A program made the position numbers and the translations under genes. A DNA stretch of 64,000 bases, taken from NCBI GenBank assembly GCA_965207225.1, contig CBDBLV010000005.1, positions 864,001-928,000 of the forward strand, in the 5' to 3' direction. Positions within the stretch are counted from its first letter, which is position 1, and every line of letters starts with the position of its first letter. This stretch comes from Dehalococcoidia bacterium (GTDB lineage: Bacteria > Chloroflexota > Dehalococcoidia > Plut-88900). The notes under the pieces were generated by a model, which ran no database searches, was not told the DNA's origin, and worked only from the letters and a program-made list of their open reading frames with translations. Shown here piece by piece: positions 28,431 through 38,847 of this stretch.

Positions 28431-29609
28431 ATGTCCGCGAACTGTAATTTCGAGGTCAGTAACGATTATCAGCCAGCAGGCGTCAGGTTCAACGTGAGCC
28501 TGAAGTCGGGGGGGAACGGGAGAGCTGCCTTCTCGGTGACGGTGGACGATCTATCGTCCGGCAACCAGATCGATTTCAGCCACGGCACCTGTCCAGCCGT
28601 CCACGATTTCATGCGGGGCTACACCCGCTGGTTGAACGGTCGAGGCGGCGTGGATGCGGAAATGGGTGATAACGCCATCACCGGTCCCGCGCAGGGTGAC
28701 TACTCTGCTGGTGAACTCCTGCAGGTGGCCTCCGGCGCCGTTGACATGATCGACCAGAAGTTCCCCAACTACCGGGACCCGATCATCAGCTCCGACGCCT
28801 ACAACGATATCGTCTACCACAAGGACGACGGCGTTGCGTGGCTCATGATCAACCGCCCCGAGACCTATAACGCCAAGCGCGGCATCACCATGGACGAAAT
28901 CGCCACCGCGCTCCTCGATGCGGCGGGCGATAACTCGATTCGGGTGGTGGTTATCTCGGGGGCCGGGCCCAACGGTTTCTGCACAGGCAACGACCAGTCC
29001 TACGACCCCGACGTTGAGAACGCCATGTACTCCGGTACAGCCAGGGTAGACCTGCACAGCATCGTCCCGCAGATGCCTCAGCCGGTCATCGCAGCGGTTG
29101 ATGGCTATGCCATAGGCTCGGGCAACATCCTGGCCTATCAGTCCGATTTCACCATCGCTACGACCCGTTCGCGGTTCGGGCAGACCGGGCCCCGGGTCGG
29201 GAGTCCTGCGGCTGGCCACACCGTCGCTGAGCTTGCCGGAAGGGTTGGCCAAAAGCGAGGTAGGGAGATCTGGATGGTCTGCCAGCAGTACACTGCCCAG
29301 GAAGCCTTCGACATGGGCCTTGTGAACAAGGTCGTTGAACCCGACGGCTTGTGGGCCGAGGTGGACCGGTGGATCAAGCTGATAAAGAACGTCAGCCCCG
29401 TCATCCTCCAGATGCAGAAGATATCCTTCCTGGAGTACAACGACCACATCTGGCCGGAGGTAGGGCCCGTGCAGAAGCACATCCCCGACTTCCTGGCTTC
29501 CGAGGAGTGCATGGAGCGTAGGACCGCCTTCCTGGAGCGCCGTCCCATCGACGATTCCAAGAACCAGCCCTACGTGAAGATCCCCATCGTCTCCCGACGC
29601 GGAGAATAG
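28431..29609 (+). CDS. Crotonase-family (MenB/BadI-like) enzyme with ~110-aa N-terminal extension
   Basis: INRPETYNA, FCTGND, GYAIGSG, FGQTGPRVGS, MGLVNKVV. Confidence 0.85.
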   Translation: MSANCNFEVSNDYQPAGVRFNVSLKSGGNGRAAFSVTVDDLSSGNQIDFSHGTCPAVHDFMRGYTRWLNGRGGVDAEMGDNAITGPAQGDYSAGELLQVASGAVDMIDQKFPNYRDPIISSDAYNDIVYHKDDGVAWLMINRPETYNAKRGITMDEIATALLDAAGDNSIRVVVISGAGPNGFCTGNDQSYDPDVENAMYSGTARVDLHSIVPQMPQPVIAAVDGYAIGSGNILAYQSDFTIATTRSRFGQTGPRVGSPAAGHTVAELAGRVGQKRGREIWMVCQQYTAQEAFDMGLVNKVVEPDGLWAEVDRWIKLIKNVSPVILQMQKISFLEYNDHIWPEVGPVQKHIPDFLASEECMERRTAFLERRPIDDSKNQPYVKIPIVSRRGE

Positions 29610-29625
29610 GTAAAGGACAACTGGG

Positions 29626-31248
29626 ATGCGGCCCATTCAAGATATCGCCGCCACTATCGGGCTCGACGAAACGTCCATAGTCCCCTACGGTCACTACAAA
29701 GCGAAGATACCCTTGGAGTCCGTCGATACGTCGGGCTCCAGGGGGAAAATGATAGTAGTCACCGGCATTACCCCCACCCGGGCCGGTGAAGGAAAGACAA
29801 CGGTTACTGTGGGCCTGACCCAGGGCCTGGGCAAACTGGGGCAGAAGGTGATTGCCAACCTGCGGGAGCCCTCCCTTGGCCCGATATTCGGGATCAAGGG
29901 CGGCGGCACCGGCGGTGGTAAAACCACGGTCATGCCCGAGGACGAGATCAACATCCACTTCACCGGAGACGCCCACGCCGTCGGCTCGGCCCATAATCTG
30001 CTCTCCGCCCTCACGGACAACGCTGCCCAGCGAGGCCAGATCGAAGGTTTTGGACCTGAGCACATCACCTGGCGAAGGGTCACGGACGTAGAAGACCGGG
30101 CCCTTCGCATCATAATGACAGGCATTGGCGGCGAGGCTAACGCCCCCGTACGCGAGACAGGCTTCGACATAGTTACCGCCTCGGAGGTGATGGCGATCCT
30201 GGCACTGGCATCGGGACTGGAAGATCTGAGATCTCGTATAGCCCGGATAGTAGTCGGGTTCACACGGGATGGCAGACCGGTAACGGCGGACGATGTGGGG
30301 GCAGTCGGGTCCATGATGTCCCTGCTCCGCTACGCCATTCAACCCAACCTGGTACAGACTGCGGAAGGGCAGCCCGTGATGGTCCATGCCGGGCCTTTCG
30401 GCAACATCGCCCACGGGTGTAGTTCCGTAGTGGCGGACAAGCTGGGACTCGCGCTCGCAGACTACGTTGTCACGGAGGCGGGCTTCGGGGCCGACCTGGG
30501 CTTCGAGAAGTTCATGCACATCAAGGCCCGTTTCAACGACGTCGAGCCCCATGCAGCGGTAATCGTGGCTTCAGTCAAGGCGCTCAAGTCCCATGCTGGC
30601 ATTCCCCTGTCGCAGCTAAACGAAGGCAACCCCCGGGCTGTCGTTGACGGTATGCCGAACTTGCTGCACCTTATCGGGATGATCCGTAGCTTCAACCTGC
30701 CGGTTGTCGTCGCCGTCAACCGCTTCCCGGCGGATACTGACGAAGAGATAGCCACGGTGCGAGGAGCCGTAGACGGACTCGACGGAGTGCAGTCTGCGGA
30801 AAGTCGGGGCTTCATCGAGGGCGGTGACGGATGCCTGGAACTGGCCCGGGCCGTAATGGATGCCAGCGCAGGGGAAAAGCCTGAAATCTCCTACCTCTAC
30901 CCGGAAGATGCTACCACTGAAGAAAAGGTGCTCGCCCTGGCCCAAAAGGTCTACAACGCCGACGATGTGGCCTGGGCCCCGGCAGCCCGCAGAAGACTGA
31001 AGACCTACGAGGATATGGGATGGGGCAAATGGCCCGTCTGCATGGCCAAGACCAACCTGTCCATTTCCCACAATGCGCGGCTGAAGGGAAGGCCATCGGG
31101 ATATACGTTTGAAATATCGGACGTCAGGGCGTCGGCGGGGGCCGGATTCATCTATCCGCTGGCCGGGACCATGGTGACAATGCCCGGACTGCCGGCTTCT
31201 CCGCGGGCCTTGGACGTAGACGAGAAAGGCAACATACTGGGGTTGTAA
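29626..31248 (+). CDS. fhs: Formate--tetrahydrofolate ligase
   Basis: TPTRAGEGKTT, REPSLGP, HAGPFGNIAHG, TEAGFGADLG, CMAKT, TMPGLP. Confidence 0.98.
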   Translation: MRPIQDIAATIGLDETSIVPYGHYKAKIPLESVDTSGSRGKMIVVTGITPTRAGEGKTTVTVGLTQGLGKLGQKVIANLREPSLGPIFGIKGGGTGGGKTTVMPEDEINIHFTGDAHAVGSAHNLLSALTDNAAQRGQIEGFGPEHITWRRVTDVEDRALRIIMTGIGGEANAPVRETGFDIVTASEVMAILALASGLEDLRSRIARIVVGFTRDGRPVTADDVGAVGSMMSLLRYAIQPNLVQTAEGQPVMVHAGPFGNIAHGCSSVVADKLGLALADYVVTEAGFGADLGFEKFMHIKARFNDVEPHAAVIVASVKALKSHAGIPLSQLNEGNPRAVVDGMPNLLHLIGMIRSFNLPVVVAVNRFPADTDEEIATVRGAVDGLDGVQSAESRGFIEGGDGCLELARAVMDASAGEKPEISYLYPEDATTEEKVLALAQKVYNADDVAWAPAARRRLKTYEDMGWGKWPVCMAKTNLSISHNARLKGRPSGYTFEISDVRASAGAGFIYPLAGTMVTMPGLPASPRALDVDEKGNILGL

Positions 31249-31325
31249 GGGGTCGGTGGGGAGAAGGCTGTGATAGCATTAGATTCCGGCGGAATAGACC
31301 GGATGAAATATCAGGAGGAGCGGTA

Positions 31326-31616
31326 ATGTATCTAGTAAGGCGAGTATGCAGGACGGCACCGGGCAAGGCCGGCGATGTAGCGGCCGTTCTGGACAAGATC
31401 TGCGCAGCCTATGAGAAAAACGGTCGGTCCAAGGCTACCATCTATAAGGGCATGTTAGGCGGAGACACCGACGTCGTTTACTGCGAGTGGATGCAGGACA
31501 CGATCAAGCCTGCCACAGCCGATGAAATTCCCGCTTCGGTCTACACCGACGACGCGGAAATGCGGCCTCATCTTCTGAGTTACGACCTGGAAGTGTACGA
31601 AGCATTAGCACGGTAA
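31326..31616 (+). CDS. Small hypothetical protein (dimeric alpha-beta barrel-like)
   Basis: RBS AGGAG; MYLVRRV..PGKA..VYCEW. Confidence 0.7.
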   Translation: MYLVRRVCRTAPGKAGDVAAVLDKICAAYEKNGRSKATIYKGMLGGDTDVVYCEWMQDTIKPATADEIPASVYTDDAEMRPHLLSYDLEVYEALAR

Positions 31617-31742
31617 TGGTCGGAAGAGGGGCCGGATAATTCGGCCCGGAATCCAACAGAGTTGAGAAACCCTGCGTCAAAATCCGACGGCCTATGAAGG
31701 TCGGGCACGGAGGGTTCTCGTAACCGGACGTACGTAACTGGA

Positions 31743-32699
31743 ATGATCTCACGCAGACTGACTGCAGACCCGTTCCGCCAGGACACGGAACACAAGACCG
31801 GGTTACAAGCTGTTTACCAAAAAGTGGTGATCAGCATCCTGGTCTTCGTGCCTCTTGCAGCGACTGTATATGCCATATACGCGACCTGGGGCAGGCTGGT
31901 GGACTGGCTGGACCTGACACTGCTGTTCATCCTGTACCTCCTGGTGGGGTTGGGGGTCACCATAGGATTCCACCGTTATTTGGCCCACGGCAGCTTCAAG
32001 ACCAAACTGCCGCTCAAGCTGTTGCTGGTGGTTCTGGGGACGATGTCCTGGCAGGGAGGCGCAATCTCCTGGGTCGCCGTCCATCGGAAGCACCACGCCT
32101 TCTCGGACGAAGAAGGCGATATCCACAGCCCCCAGCTTAGCAGCAATCTACTGAAGGGGTTCGTCCATGCGCAAGTCGGCTGGCTGTTCGGAACGCGGCG
32201 GCCGGATAACAGCAAGTGGGCTAAGGACCTGCTCAACGATCCCTGGATCGTGTTCATCCACCGTACCAGCCTCATCTGGTGCGCTTCGAGCTTAGTGATA
32301 CCTTTCCTGATCGGCGGCTGGAGCGGCCTATTATGGGCAGGCTTGGTAAGGGTGTTCTTAACACACCACGTTACCTGGTCGGTGAATTCGGTGTGCCACG
32401 TGTTCGGAAGCCGACCTTTTGAAACCAGGGACAGGAGCACAAATCACTGGCTGATAGGTTTGCTGGGCTTTGGGGAGGGGGGGCATAACACTCACCATGC
32501 GTCCCCGAGGTCGGCACAGCACGGACTCCGGTGGTGGCACTTCGACGCCAGCTGGCTGTTAATCAACCTGATGCGAAAGCTGCGGCTCGCCTATGACGTC
32601 TACATCCTTCATCCCGAGGACTTGCAGAAGGCACTCAGGACTCGGGCGGGAAAGGTCAGAGTGGTGTGCTCCGCACCCCAGGCAAACGACCCCGTATAA
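31743..32699 (+). CDS. Delta-9 acyl-CoA/acyl-lipid desaturase
   Basis: His boxes HRYLAH, HRKHH, HNTHH. Confidence 0.95.
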   Translation: MISRRLTADPFRQDTEHKTGLQAVYQKVVISILVFVPLAATVYAIYATWGRLVDWLDLTLLFILYLLVGLGVTIGFHRYLAHGSFKTKLPLKLLLVVLGTMSWQGGAISWVAVHRKHHAFSDEEGDIHSPQLSSNLLKGFVHAQVGWLFGTRRPDNSKWAKDLLNDPWIVFIHRTSLIWCASSLVIPFLIGGWSGLLWAGLVRVFLTHHVTWSVNSVCHVFGSRPFETRDRSTNHWLIGLLGFGEGGHNTHHASPRSAQHGLRWWHFDASWLLINLMRKLRLAYDVYILHPEDLQKALRTRAGKVRVVCSAPQANDPV

Positions 32700-32816
32700 C
32701 CGACCCCATCCGCCGTCCCTGAGCGGCGTGCGCTTTTATACCAGCCCAGCTCCCACCACCTCAGCGTGATATCATCCCCTTAGAGCCACCTACGCTCAGT
32801 TCAATGCCCATCCCTT

Positions 32817-33011
32817 ATGAACAAGAAGCTAGTCATACTGCCGATAATCCACCTGACCATAGTGCTGCTTATCCTGTTCGGTGGCTCTTACGCCGTGGCC
32901 GAGAACGCGCTGAGCGGGCAGTCGGTCACGGGGATTGATTATTCAGATGCGGTGGGTGATGGAACGAACTGGTATGAGGACGCCGCCATCTGGGTATGCC
33001 CCCTCCACTAG
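32817..33011 (+). CDS. Small secreted/membrane protein ending in CPLH
   Basis: Signal-peptide-like N-terminus; convergent 69-bp overlap with the next gene. Confidence 0.5.
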   Translation: MNKKLVILPIIHLTIVLLILFGGSYAVAENALSGQSVTGIDYSDAVGDGTNWYEDAAIWVCPLH

Positions 33012-33917
33012 GGCCTGGCTCGGGGTCAGGGTTTCTCTCACAGCCATGTCCAGCTCATCGTAAGTGACGATACCCTCGAACTTTGCAATGAGCCGCCCCG
33101 ACGCGTCTACCAGGAACACCCACGGCTCGCTGGGCAAACCCCAGGCCTGCGCTTCTTGCGAGGGTGCCAGCTTTCCTTCTCCACGGATAAGGTCTAAGTC
33201 ATACGGCTCGATGTGGATAAACTCCAATTCATCCCCGTAGACTGGGAGCAGCTTTGCAACAGTTTCCACTACGGGCCCGCAGATTCTGCTCTGGCAGAAT
33301 GCGGGAGTGGCAAAGACTACAAGGAACGGCTTGCCTTGCTCCAGCGCTTCAGCCACCGAGGTCCGGTACATTGCCGGGATAGGGTCGGGGCTGGTGGAAA
33401 TATCCCATAGCTCTTCGACGTCCACAGAGGTCGGGTGATCAATAGGGGAGACCATCGCCCCTATGCCGGGCGTAGAGCTCTCTTCCAACACTTCCACCAC
33501 GACGTTGACCTGTACTACCGAATCCATGACCGGGCTCTGAACGGATACGTTCAACTGCCAATCACCCGGTTCGTTAAAAGGGGGGTCGTCTATCGCGTAA
33601 ATGCCGCGGACTTCAGCGTCGGGGTTGTACCACTCGGGGTTGGCATTGGGTGGGGCGGTAAGGTCGATGGTGCGGTACTCGGCATGGAAAGACGCGGAGG
33701 GTGATTCGTTCCCAGGGGCTTGGAAGGCAACGTTAACCGTGGCGTCTTCCACGGGCCTGTTGGCCCGGTCCAGGATGGCGAAAGTAATGCGCGTCTGCTC
33801 GATGGCAATCTCCTGGGAGACCAGGATGAACTTGAACTCGGGGGCCGAGGGCTGGCGGCAAGCTATGACGAGAACGGCCAGTCCCGCTAGGATTATGAGG
33901 TGTTGGATCCGGGGCAT
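32943..33917 (-). CDS. Lipoprotein with thioredoxin-like domain
   Basis: Lipobox VIAC; FATPAFCQSRICGP; SEPWVFLVD. Confidence 0.8.
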   Translation of the reverse strand: MPRIQHLIILAGLAVLVIACRQPSAPEFKFILVSQEIAIEQTRITFAILDRANRPVEDATVNVAFQAPGNESPSASFHAEYRTIDLTAPPNANPEWYNPDAEVRGIYAIDDPPFNEPGDWQLNVSVQSPVMDSVVQVNVVVEVLEESSTPGIGAMVSPIDHPTSVDVEELWDISTSPDPIPAMYRTSVAEALEQGKPFLVVFATPAFCQSRICGPVVETVAKLLPVYGDELEFIHIEPYDLDLIRGEGKLAPSQEAQAWGLPSEPWVFLVDASGRLIAKFEGIVTYDELDMAVRETLTPSQALVEGAYPDGGVLIPVRSITHRI

Positions 33918-33940
33918 TGCGTGGGAAAGAAGCTGACCGG

Positions 33941-35068
33941 CTATTCCATCGAAAAGCCATAGATTCTGGCCGCATTCCCCCCGACTATCATCTGTTTCTC
34001 TTCCTCGGGTACGTCCCTGAAGGTGCGCTCGATGACCTCTCGGGAGTGGGGAAAGGTTCCCTCGTCGTGGGGGTAGTCGCTCCCCCATAATAGACTCTGC
34101 ACTCCGGTAACGTCCCTCATCCGGAGACCCACTAGATCATCCCCAAAGGTAGCTCCGCCCTGCCTTCGGAAGTAGTCGCTGGGCCTGTCTGGTAGCCGAG
34201 GCTCAATCCACATGTGCCGTTTCTCGTGCATCTCGTCCAGCGTCTGGAGGACCCAGGCAAGCCAGCCAATGCCGCACTCGACTAGGACGAATTTCAGGCC
34301 CGGGTGTCGTTCCAGGACACCGGAGGCCACCAGCAGGCACAGGGGTTTCATGGCAGCGGCCATCTCCACCACCTCGCCGGCAAGGTCCTCGCCGGGTCGG
34401 GAGCGCTTGACCTCGGTGGGAGTATCTTCGCCACTGGGGCCGTCGGTGAATACGTGTAGCGCGAGGGGGACTTCCATGTTGCCCATTGCCGACCAAAAAG
34501 GCTCATAGATGGGGTCATTGTAGGGCTGAATGGGCATGCTGATAGGGATGGAAGCAGACCTAAAACCCATGTTGGCTACGCGCGTGGCCTCGTCTATGGC
34601 GTTGTCAATGTCCAGGATAGGGACTACGGCTGATACGGCGAAGCGGTCTGGATGCGGTCCAAACACCTCGTGATAATAGTCGTTGTAGACCCGAGACAGC
34701 GCCAACTGGAATCCGGCATCTTTCGAAGAGAAGGTGTGGAATGTCCCGTGGGGATAGATTATCTCTGCACTAACCCCGTCGGTCTCCTGATCGGTAAGAC
34801 GGAGAGGGATGTCCGTACCTCCAGCGCGGTGCATGACACGGCCAACCTCTTCTTCGTCCCGCCAATAGCGCTTCATGTCGTCTTCGTTGAGCGGGTTTGG
34901 GGCCTCGATGCGAGCAGGCCCCTGGCCCTCGACAATGATGTACCGCTCTCCATCTCGTTCCTCAATGCGAGGTGCGCGCGAACGGTACTCGGGAGGAAGG
35001 CGGTCATAGACTTCCTGGGGCTCATTCAGATGGGAGTCCGCGGAGATTACCTTATATGCCGCCATCAC
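33941..35068 (-). CDS. Amidohydrolase_2 family protein (paralog of 19408-20526)
   Basis: ISADSH, VECGIGW, WGSDYPHDEGTFP. Confidence 0.92.
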   Translation of the reverse strand: MMAAYKVISADSHLNEPQEVYDRLPPEYRSRAPRIEERDGERYIIVEGQGPARIEAPNPLNEDDMKRYWRDEEEVGRVMHRAGGTDIPLRLTDQETDGVSAEIIYPHGTFHTFSSKDAGFQLALSRVYNDYYHEVFGPHPDRFAVSAVVPILDIDNAIDEATRVANMGFRSASIPISMPIQPYNDPIYEPFWSAMGNMEVPLALHVFTDGPSGEDTPTEVKRSRPGEDLAGEVVEMAAAMKPLCLLVASGVLERHPGLKFVLVECGIGWLAWVLQTLDEMHEKRHMWIEPRLPDRPSDYFRRQGGATFGDDLVGLRMRDVTGVQSLLWGSDYPHDEGTFPHSREVIERTFRDVPEEEKQMIVGGNAARIYGFSME

Positions 35069-35131
35069 TTGCCTCGTTTGTGGTTCCTATCGGTCGCATC
35101 AATAAGGGAGCTTACTCCCTTAGATGGCCGG

Positions 35132-35899
35132 TTAACCCACCGCTGCGGGCGCTCTGGTGTATAGGAGGCTACCATAGCCTGTGATTGGAGCGTCCCAGCC
35201 CATCTTGTCAAGCAGACACCATATCGAGGCTTGGTTTGCAGTCACGACCATCTTACCCGTACGGTCTTCCAGCTCCTCTACGACCTCCAGGGAGCGCCAA
35301 CCCGTGCAGGAGACGAGAAGAGTATCGGCCTCTGGCAGACAATGCTCTACGCCGAACTCCAAGACCACCTCAGGATCATGGTTGCACATATTGAACCCGA
35401 AAACCGAGGCGTCGGCGGGCGTATCAACGTTCAATACCTCGAAGCCCTTGGCAGTGAAGTACTCCCGCAGCCGATCGTTGTTCCACTGGGGGTAAGGAGT
35501 TACAACGGAGACCTTCCTGGCCCCGATGTGAGAGAGCGCCGCAGCTACCGATGGCGTGGTGGCCACGGCAGGCACCCCCGACGCTGCCTCCAGCTTTTCT
35601 ATAATCTCCACATCCCACCCCGGGCCCCGGTAAAAGCTGCCGGTAGTGCAGCAATATGCCACGGCATCTACTTCGGCCTGCGTCAGGTATTTTGCCGCCG
35701 TGTCGATTTCATTGTTCATCCGGTCCATGCGGGCAGCGCCGGAGATGTCAAATCCGTCCCAGATGCGCTGGCCGTGAATGGAGTAGTCCTTCAGCCCCAA
35801 GGCCAGGGCGAAGTCGGCCTCGCTGGTCGAGTCCTGGGCGGGCATTATCAGTCCAATCCTCTTTCTCGGGCTCATACGCATGTCTCCTTCCCCACTCAC
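35132..35899 (-). CDS. Asp/Glu racemase - maleate isomerase - arylmalonate decarboxylase family protein
   Basis: RIGLIMP, CCTTGS, VVTPY, VSCTGW, TANQA. Confidence 0.9.
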   Translation of the reverse strand: MSGEGDMRMSPRKRIGLIMPAQDSTSEADFALALGLKDYSIHGQRIWDGFDISGAARMDRMNNEIDTAAKYLTQAEVDAVAYCCTTGSFYRGPGWDVEIIEKLEAASGVPAVATTPSVAAALSHIGARKVSVVTPYPQWNNDRLREYFTAKGFEVLNVDTPADASVFGFNMCNHDPEVVLEFGVEHCLPEADTLLVSCTGWRSLEVVEELEDRTGKMVVTANQASIWCLLDKMGWDAPITGYGSLLYTRAPAAVG

Positions 35900-36041
35900 T
35901 GGGACCCCGGTTTGCCGATGATACCAGAATTTGGAGGTGTGTATCCCATCAAGTTATACAAAGAACTAGGGCGTGAGAACTGAGTCCTCACGCCCGACGT
36001 GCGATTCTATGTGCTTTTGGCGGGGTGTCAGTCCAATTTGC

Positions 36042-36794
36042 CTATCCGGCTACCGCTGCCGGGGCCGGGGTCTCCAGCAAACTCCCGAATCCCTTGACCG
36101 GCTCATCTATGCCCAAGTGCTGGAGGATAAGCCACAGGGTGGCCTGGTTGGACGTAACTACGGGTTTCCCAGTCTCCTTTTCCAAACGCTCGGCAGCTTC
36201 CATGGAGCGCCAGTCCGTGCAGGAGCAGAAGAGGACGTCGGCGTCTGGGTCACATTTTTCGATGCCGTACTCCACTATTTCGTCGGGTTCCTGCTCGTAG
36301 GCCATGATTTCCCCGAGGGACGGCTTTGGATGCGCGTCGACGTTCAGGACTTCGAACCCCCTGGCCTCCATGTAGGCCCGAAGCTTGATGTTGTTCCATT
36401 CGGGATATGGGGTGATGACCGAAATTTTGCGGGCGCCCTTGAATTCCAGAGCTTTCACGACCGATGGCGTAGTGGCAAAGGCCTGTACCCCCGACGCCCC
36501 CTCGATCTTCTGAAGCATCTCCTGGTCCCACCCGGGACCCTTGAAAAAGCTGCCGGTTGTGCAGGTGTAGGCTATGGCATCCAGGCGGACGGTCGATAGG
36601 TATCGAGCCGCCGACTCAATCTCCGAATTCATCTCCTGGAAGTGCGTCTCTGGATCGTGACGGTTGTCTCCTTGCCAGAGGCGGTGTCCGTGGACAGCCA
36701 CGCCTTTAGGTGCCAGCACCATCTGGAAGTCGGGCTCGGCGGTGCCGTCCGCCGACGGCATCATCATCCCGACCCTTTTCCTGCTTTCCATCAT
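36042..36794 (-). CDS. Asp/Glu racemase - maleate isomerase family protein
   Basis: RVGMMMP, TCTTGS, ITPY, CSCTDW, TSNQA. Confidence 0.9.
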   Translation of the reverse strand: MMESRKRVGMMMPSADGTAEPDFQMVLAPKGVAVHGHRLWQGDNRHDPETHFQEMNSEIESAARYLSTVRLDAIAYTCTTGSFFKGPGWDQEMLQKIEGASGVQAFATTPSVVKALEFKGARKISVITPYPEWNNIKLRAYMEARGFEVLNVDAHPKPSLGEIMAYEQEPDEIVEYGIEKCDPDADVLFCSCTDWRSMEAAERLEKETGKPVVTSNQATLWLILQHLGIDEPVKGFGSLLETPAPAAVAG

Positions 36795-36822
36795 CCACCC
36801 TCCTTCTCGATCATTGTGAGAT

Positions 36823-37281
36823 CTACGCCTTGTTCCGCACCTTGTCCAGGGCTTGAGCGATCTGGTCTTTCTCCAATGCCACGTCCATCACACCTACCTG
36901 CGCTTGATAGACACCGGCATCCACCGAGTCCTTAACCACGGGTTCCACCACGTGATACACCGGCAAGCCGAGGGGAACGCCCGCAAGGGGCCCGGCCCAG
37001 CTGGGGTCGCCGTGGGTCACGGTCTCAGCGTAGAGTTCGGCGCTGTTGGCATCGGGCGAGCCGAGCACCACGATAACGTCGTCCTTGCCGTTGGCTTCAA
37101 TTGCCTTCTTGATTTCTTCCTGACCATCCAGGTCCATGGCGCCCGCGGCAGTTCAGACGAAGCACTGGGTCTGCTCTATCAGCACCTCCGCCCCGGCGCT
37201 CCGGACCACCTCTGCGATGGCCGGGCCCTGTACCCCGTCCCGTTCTCCAATAGCGATTACTTTCTTACCCTTGAATTCCAA
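36823..37281 (-). CDS. grdA: Glycine/sarcosine/betaine reductase selenoprotein A (Sec at codon 43)
   Basis: TTG start with AGGAGG; [19 protein letters not shown](37153-37155)-[17 protein letters not shown]. Confidence 0.93.
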
Positions 37282-37363
37282 GGCGCACCTCCTGCTTTCC
37301 AAAGAAGGACCCGTCTGTTTCTTAACGTCAGCTGAACGGCTTTAGTCTACACCCAATTTCCGC

Positions 37364-38836
37364 TCAAGACTCGTGGTTGCGCTCCAGCATGAAGGAGATG
37401 CCATCTGCGAGCTGGGTCATGCGACCTAGAAAGAGGCTTCCTTTGGCGTAGAACATGGCCCGACTTATCTCGCCCGACAGGATCATGTCTCGGGCGTGGC
37501 CCAGGAACGGCACCGCCGAGGCTATATGGCCCTGGGTGGGGGAGAATCCTAGCATCCCGTGGTCCTCCACGAACTGCTCCAGGCCGGAGGCATCAATCTC
37601 GTTGGCCATGACCGCCATGCCGCCCAGCATCCTGTAGTTGGTGCGCGGGGTGTTGCCGCTGCCTTGGGGCTCGGTTATCTCCGGATTGTGGAGCTCGGTG
37701 GCGAACCGGTCTATGTCGGTTATCTTCAGGCCGTGCTGGTTAAGTGGATCAACCACTACCGCCTGGGTAATGGCCTGGTTGGAAGCCCCCGAGGAAATAT
37801 CGTGCTTCCCAATCATGTCTAGTCGCACATGGGGGTTCTGTCCGTCGTCCGGTCCCATAAGGACTGCAATGGAGGCCAGAACATCCTCCAGGACAGGCAT
37901 TTCGTTGGTGACATGCCCTCGGTATTTCATGCCGAGCTTGGCAAAAGACCCCCCGCCCACCACTGCCACATTTTCGAACACCCCGGACTTGATGAGCGCC
38001 CCGCCTACGATGATGGCGTGGTTAGGGGCACAGCAGAATGCCTTAACGTCCGACCCTGTGGCATTGAGGCACCCGCTCATCTCGCCGACGGCCTTGGCCA
38101 GGTTCCCGCCCCCGCGGTTGTACCGGTCCCCGATAGCCTCTTCCCCGCACCCGAGAAGGTAGTCTATGTTCTCGGCGGGGGTCTCCGTGACGGTGCTCAG
38201 CAGGTGCCGCAGAGCGAGGACCGCTGAAGCCTTGGCGCACAGGTTTTCGATCAGGAAGTCGGGAGTGAGGGACTTGTCCTCTTCGTGGCCTCTTCGCAAA
38301 CAGCCTACGAGTCGGGTTTTATCCATGTATAGGGGCAGGGCCTCTTCTTCTCCAATAGCTTTTTCGATTTCGGAAATCGGGGTCGGGTTGCCCAGATTGC
38401 TCAGGTCGTCATCGGAGACCAGGGGATGACCGGACATTGCGTGCCGGGCCTCTTCGAAAAATCCCTGCTCCAACCACATCAGGTCGAACTGGTCTGATGC
38501 TTTCATCCATCCGTAGAACTCTGCCTGGGGCATGATTTCGCCGTAGGGGCCGGTCCTGGAAGCGCTGTTGGTCGGGTTTTCGTACCAGGGCTTGGGCGTG
38601 GTCTTCAGGTCATCGGGACGGAGGTTCCCGACGAAGACCTGGTGAGGCGGGTAAGCCACGGCGTCATCGAAGCCGCGCTGGTGGCGGTGAATAAGGTCTA
38701 GAACTGATGGATCGACGGGAATGTCCCGGGAAGGCTTAGACCCGAGGCGTACCAGGTCCGGTACATGGGCCAAACAGTAGGCGACCCCCTTGATGACGGG
38801 GGCGCCTTTACCATTGCTTTGCGAGGACGATGTCAT
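37364..38836 (-). CDS. grdC: Glycine/sarcosine/betaine reductase component C beta subunit (FabH-like)
   Basis: YPPHQVFVGN, EEAIGDRYNRGGGN, AFCCAP, ELHNPEIT, KGSLFLGRMT. Confidence 0.92.
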   Translation of the reverse strand: MTSSSQSNGKGAPVIKGVAYCLAHVPDLVRLGSKPSRDIPVDPSVLDLIHRHQRGFDDAVAYPPHQVFVGNLRPDDLKTTPKPWYENPTNSASRTGPYGEIMPQAEFYGWMKASDQFDLMWLEQGFFEEARHAMSGHPLVSDDDLSNLGNPTPISEIEKAIGEEEALPLYMDKTRLVGCLRRGHEEDKSLTPDFLIENLCAKASAVLALRHLLSTVTETPAENIDYLLGCGEEAIGDRYNRGGGNLAKAVGEMSGCLNATGSDVKAFCCAPNHAIIVGGALIKSGVFENVAVVGGGSFAKLGMKYRGHVTNEMPVLEDVLASIAVLMGPDDGQNPHVRLDMIGKHDISSGASNQAITQAVVVDPLNQHGLKITDIDRFATELHNPEITEPQGSGNTPRTNYRMLGGMAVMANEIDASGLEQFVEDHGMLGFSPTQGHIASAVPFLGHARDMILSGEISRAMFYAKGSLFLGRMTQLADGISFMLERNHES

Positions 38837-38847
38837 AGGGTGGGAGA

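Noticed and set aside
28551-30552. Long antisense ORFs (361 and 383 aa)
   Set aside because: Shadows of the GC-rich crotonase and fhs genes
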